DNA of 19,909 bases. Origin: Verrucomicrobiota bacterium. Its GTDB lineage: Bacteria; Verrucomicrobiota; Verrucomicrobiia; Limisphaerales; Palsa-1400. The position numbers and the translations under genes are program-made. Positions within the stretch are counted from its first letter, which is position 1. The number at the start of each line of letters is the position of its first letter. Below the pieces are notes generated by a model, which searched no databases, was not told the origin of the DNA, and was given only the letters and a program-made list of their open reading frames with translations. Below are positions 16,356-19,909 of this stretch, one piece after another. The stretch covers positions 1 to 19,909 of the forward strand of contig JBEKYR010000063.1 in NCBI GenBank assembly GCA_049510745.1, read 5' to 3'.

Positions 16356-17332
16356 ATGTCACCGTCATCGGCGCGGGCGGCTGGGGCACGGCGCTGGCCA
16401 ATCTGTTGTGCCAGAACCGTCATGCCGTCACGCTCTGGGGACACGATCCGGCCCACCTGGCGCAAATCAGGCAGACCGGCCGCAACGAATTGTTCCTGCC
16501 GGGCGTGGCGGTGTCGCCGGACCTGCGGTTCGAGGCGGATTTGGAGAAAGCGGTGGCGGGGTCCGCCTGGGTGGTCGTCGCGGTGCCCTCGAAATTTTTC
16601 CGCGAAATCACCAGCCGGCTTTCCGCGTTCCAGGGCGTGGCGGTCAGCGGCACCAAGGGAATTGAATACGAGAGCGGGCTGACCATGTCCGGCATCCTGG
16701 CCGCAACCATGCCCAAGGCGGCGGCGGCGGTGCTCTCCGGCCCGAGCCTGGCCCTGGAGGTGGCGCGGGAAACGCCGGCGGCGGTGGTCGCCGCGCACCG
16801 CGAGCCGGAAATTGCGCGGGGAGTGCAAACGCTCTTTCACCGGCCGGCCTTTCGCGTTTACAGTAGCCAGGATGTCCTGGGCGTCGAGTTGGGCGGCGCT
16901 GTCAAGAATGTGGTGGCCCTGGCCGCCGGCGTGGGCGACGGCCTTGGGTTTGGCGACAACGCCAAGGCCGGCCTGATTACGCGTGGCCTCGTCGAGATGC
17001 GGCGCCTGGGCGTGGCCTGCGGCGCCAGCGCCGAAACCTTCTCCGGTTTGAGCGGCTTGGGCGACCTGGTGGTGACCTGTTACTCCCGGCTCAGCCGCAA
17101 CCGCGCCTTTGGCGAACGGGTCGGCCGGGGCGAGAACGTCGCCGCCATCCTGGCCAGCACGCGCACCGTGGCCGAGGGCTATCCGACGGCGCGGGCCGCT
17201 TGGCAGTTGGCCCGCAAGCTGGGCATCAAGACCCCGATCATCGACGAGGTCCATGCCATGCTTTACGAAGGCAAGGAAGTGCGCCGGGCCGTCCACGACC
17301 TGACCAGCCGGGACAGAAAGCAGGAAGACTGA
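16352..17332 (+). CDS. gpsA: NAD(P)H-dependent glycerol-3-phosphate dehydrogenase
   Basis: GAGGWGTALA, TKGIE, LSGPS, GGAVKNV and GLGDLVVTC..SRN motifs; ATGA overlap with plsY. Confidence 0.97.
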   Translation: MNVTVIGAGGWGTALANLLCQNRHAVTLWGHDPAHLAQIRQTGRNELFLPGVAVSPDLRFEADLEKAVAGSAWVVVAVPSKFFREITSRLSAFQGVAVSGTKGIEYESGLTMSGILAATMPKAAAAVLSGPSLALEVARETPAAVVAAHREPEIARGVQTLFHRPAFRVYSSQDVLGVELGGAVKNVVALAAGVGDGLGFGDNAKAGLITRGLVEMRRLGVACGASAETFSGLSGLGDLVVTCYSRLSRNRAFGERVGRGENVAAILASTRTVAEGYPTARAAWQLARKLGIKTPIIDEVHAMLYEGKEVRRAVHDLTSRDRKQED

Positions 17333-17341
17333 TGAGAAAAT

Positions 17342-17442
17342 AATCAGTGAATAGACGAATCAGTGAATCAGTGAATGCGGAATTCATCAATTCACTGATT
17401 CTCACTTCACTGATTGTTTCCAATTCACTGATTCTCACTTCA
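17342..17442. repeat. Intergenic AATCAGTG-unit direct/inverted repeat cluster
   Basis: AATCAGTGAAT at 17342, 17358 and 17366; reverse complement (A/C)TTCACTGATT at 17390, 17405 and 17423; 22-bp direct repeat CAATTCACTGATTCTCACTTCA at 17388 and 17421. Confidence 0.9.
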
Positions 17443-17453
17443 ACTATTGCCTC

Positions 17454-18059
17454 CTACGCCATCGCCTTTTTCATCGCCGCCATCAAGTCGCCGTATTCCT
17501 CGAACGCCGCGAACTGGGGGAATTGCTTCTTGATCGGGTCCGGCGAATGAAACAGAAAACCAACGTGCGCCTCCATTAACATCGCCGTGTCGTTGAACGA
17601 ATCGCCGGCGGCGATGACGAAATAGTTCATGCTGCGGAGCGCGGTGACGGCGCTGCGTTTGGGCTGTTCCTGGCGCAGTTGGTAGCCGGCAATGCGGCCT
17701 TCCTCGACCAGCAGATGATTGCAAAAGATCGCGGGCCACTCCAACTGGCGCATGACCGGCTTGGCGAATTCCTCGAACGTGTCGGACAGGACGATCACCT
17801 GCGTAAGCGCGCGCAATTCCCGCAGGAACTCCAGCGCGCCCGGCAAAGGGCGCAAGGTGCCGATGACTTCCTGGATGTCGGCCAGCTTCAATCCGTGCTG
17901 GTCGAGGATTTTGATGCGCCCGCGCATGAGTTTGTCGTAATCCGGCTCGTCGCGGGTGGTGCGGCGCAGCTCCGGGATTTTCGTCTTTTCGGCGACGGCA
18001 ATCCAGATTTCGGGCACCAAAACGCCCTCCAAATCGAGCACAATAACAGATTGTTTCAC
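17454..18059 (-). CDS. thrH: Bifunctional phosphoserine phosphatase / homoserine phosphotransferase ThrH
   Basis: HAD motif DLEGVL followed by VPEIW, TTRDEPDYDKLM, LSDTF and AAGDSFND; 201 aa. Confidence 0.95.
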   Translation of the reverse strand: MKQSVIVLDLEGVLVPEIWIAVAEKTKIPELRRTTRDEPDYDKLMRGRIKILDQHGLKLADIQEVIGTLRPLPGALEFLRELRALTQVIVLSDTFEEFAKPVMRQLEWPAIFCNHLLVEEGRIAGYQLRQEQPKRSAVTALRSMNYFVIAAGDSFNDTAMLMEAHVGFLFHSPDPIKKQFPQFAAFEEYGDLMAAMKKAMA

Positions 18060-18511
18060 CGGGCGAGTTTTTCAGGAAAGGGCGGGCTTGTCGAGCCAAT
18101 CAAGCGCGCCGCTTGATATTGCCGCTCCGACAATTCCATATCCTTGCGAAAATCCCGTTTCACTTTAGAGAGGGCGCGCTCCGCTTCTCGATTAGTGAAG
18201 CCAGGTTCGTCAATTTGTCCGTCAACTCAGCAACTGGAAAACGATCAAGGCTGTCAGGACGCGCCCGCCACGTGGACATTGCATAAATTTAATTCGACAG
18301 ATAAGGGATGTGGTGATAAAATCCTTTTTAACGTGTGGCCAGACCGGAAAGATGCCAGGAATAGTGATTTTTGCGCGCACTCGCGGCGTGCGCGTATAAG
18401 TTCTCCTTCTGTTCGTGATAAATGGACTCTTGGCGCGGACGGCTTTCACCTTAAACGCCTGAGAACCGGACTCTAACTCTTTGCGCATAAACACCCAACA
18501 CAGAATTCATA

Positions 18512-19909
18512 ATGAAATCCCTACACGTTTGCATTCCAGTCGCAGTTCTGCTGATGGCCACGGCTCTTCCGAGCCGCGCCGCCTTGTTCACCTGGACCAA
18601 CGCCATCGGCGGAGACTGGAGCAGCCCCGTTAACTGGAGCCCGAACGCTGTCCCCGGTCTGGGCGACGATGCGCTCATCACAGGCAGCGACACTTATTCC
18701 GTCACACTGTACGCCAGCGTGACCGTCAACAGCCTGACATTGGGCGGCGGCAGCGGCCAACAGAGTCTGTCAACCTACGGCACACTGACGCTGAACAGCG
18801 CCAGCGTCGTGAACACCAATGGTTTCCTGGCCTTGAGTTATGGAGGCAGTTTGTCTGGCGGCGGTCTGTTGACTGTCAACGGCCAACTAACTTGGACCAG
18901 CGGTTCCATTGCCAGCGGGAGCACGTTGGCGATAGCGACCAACGGGGTTTTGGCGTTGGCCGGCATCAATGGGTATAATTATGCTTGTAGCGGTATCTTG
19001 ACCAACGCGGGAACCGTGCAGTTGCAGAGCGGGAACCTCGAACTCGTCAGCGGGCAGTTGGTGAATTTGCCCGGCGCGTTGGTGGACCTGCAGGGCGACG
19101 TGTCAATTACCTGGACTGCCGGCACCGAGTTGATTGTCAACGAAGGGACCGTGCGCAAGTCCGGCGGCGCCGGTGTCAGCGACATCTACCCTATTTTCAA
19201 CAACGCCGGCACGCTGGAGGCGCAGAGCGGAACGCTGCAGTTAATCGGCGCCAGCTCCGGCGCCGGCGCGGGTTTGTTCACGGCGGAGGCCGGGGCGACC
19301 TTGGCTTTTGGCAACGGCTACACGGTCGGCAGCGGGGGCCAGGTCACGGGAACGGGCACCAATCTGTTGAACGGCGGCACGGTGACAGTGAACGGGACTG
19401 TGACCGCGTCCAACCTGGTGCTGGCTGGGGCGACGCTGGGGGGAACCAGCGGGGTTATCATGGGGGGAATGACTTGGACCAGCGGTTCCATTGCCGGCGG
19501 AAGCACGTTGACGCTGGCGACCAACGGGGTTTTGGCGCTGGCGGGCATCAATGGGTATAATTATGCTTGTAGCGGTATCTTGACCAATGCGGGAACCGTG
19601 CAGTTGCAGAGCGGGAACCTCGAACTCGTCAGCGGGCAGTTGGTGAATTTGCCCGGCGCGTTGGTGGACCTGCAGGGCGACGTGTCAATTATCTGGGTTG
19701 CGGGCACCGAGGTGATTGTCAACGAAGGGACCGTGCGCAAGTCCGGCGGCGCCGGTGTCAGCGACATCTACCCCATTTTCGACAACGCCGGCACGCTGGA
19801 GGCGCAGAGCGGAACGCTGCAGTTAATCGGCGCTGCTTCTGGAACCGGCGCGGGTTTGTTCACGGCGGAGGCCGGGGCGACCCTGGCTTTTGGCAACGGC
19901 TACACGGTC
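18512..19909 (+). CDS. Large secreted beta-strand repeat (adhesin/passenger-like) protein, runs off the window end
   Basis: ATG at 18512 with no in-frame stop to 19909. Sec signal MKSLHVCIPVAVLLMATALPSRA|A, then FTWTNAIGGDWSSPVNWSPNAVP and G/T/N/L-rich repeats. Absent from the ORF track because its stop lies outside the window. Confidence 0.9.
   Translation, partial: MKSLHVCIPVAVLLMATALPSRAALFTWTNAIGGDWSSPVNWSPNAVPGLGDDALITGSDTYSVTLYASVTVNSLTLGGGSGQQSLSTYGTLTLNSASVVNTNGFLALSYGGSLSGGGLLTVNGQLTWTSGSIASGSTLAIATNGVLALAGINGYNYACSGILTNAGTVQLQSGNLELVSGQLVNLPGALVDLQGDVSITWTAGTELIVNEGTVRKSGGAGVSDIYPIFNNAGTLEAQSGTLQLIGASSGAGAGLFTAEAGATLAFGNGYTVGSGGQVTGTGTNLLNGGTVTVNGTVTASNLVLAGATLGGTSGVIMGGMTWTSGSIAGGSTLTLATNGVLALAGINGYNYACSGILTNAGTVQLQSGNLELVSGQLVNLPGALVDLQGDVSIIWVAGTEVIVNEGTVRKSGGAGVSDIYPIFDNAGTLEAQSGTLQLIGAASGTGAGLFTAEAGATLAFGNGYTV
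18890..19909 (+). repeat. 582-bp (194-codon) intragenic tandem repeat, 1.75 copies visible
   Basis: ACTTGGACCAGCGGTTCCATTGCC at 18890 and 19472. Manual alignment of 18890-19327 with 19472-19909 gives about 23 mismatches in 438 nt and no gaps. Confidence 0.97.

Noticed and set aside
17342..17442. Possible mini CRISPR array
   Set aside because: Only two 22-bp copies with an 11-nt gap, built from the same 8-mer; no unique spacers and no cas genes.
17347..17550. Short ORFs with ISE/SLI repeats across the gpsA-thrH gap
   Set aside because: They are translations of the DNA repeat and overlap real genes.
18144..18494. 110-aa and 90-aa ORFs in the thrH-adhesin intergenic region
   Set aside because: AT-richer regulatory-looking DNA with atypical codon usage and no motifs.
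18890..19909. Near-identical repeat pair as a DGR template/variable repeat
   Set aside because: Mismatches are not adenine-specific (C/T, C/G and T/G are common), both copies are in-frame parts of one CDS, and no reverse transcriptase is present.

Overview
GC-rich bacterial window, probably Verrucomicrobiota of the Pedosphaerales/Limisphaerales type. This is inferred from an H-X9-DG prepilin-like gene, a PEP-CTERM remnant and large secreted beta-rich proteins. Left to right it contains: the 3' part of a very large glycine-rich modular surface protein; a scar in which the 3' end of an outer-membrane beta-barrel gene (-) and the 3' end of a PEP-CTERM gene (+) abut with both 5' parts missing; two similar divergent ECF-type promoter motifs ahead of an ECF sigma / membrane anti-sigma pair; a convergent prepilin-type H-X9-DG gene; a MazF/PemK toxin with a non-canonical antitoxin; a Gfo/Idh/MocA plus sugar isomerase pair; a BON-SH3-NlpC/P60 lipoprotein; an orphan antitoxin-like ORF behind a promoter-overlapping 15-bp inverted repeat; an M20 amidohydrolase with a single-chain XdhA-XdhB xanthine dehydrogenase; plsY-gpsA; an intergenic AATCAGTG repeat element; thrH; and the 5' part of a secreted protein with a near-identical 582-bp tandem repeat that is absent from the ORF track. 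No CRISPR array, rRNA, tRNA, transposase or reverse transcriptase was recognised. The strongest lead is the ECF sigma module with twin promoters and decayed envelope-gene remnants (2895-5790).
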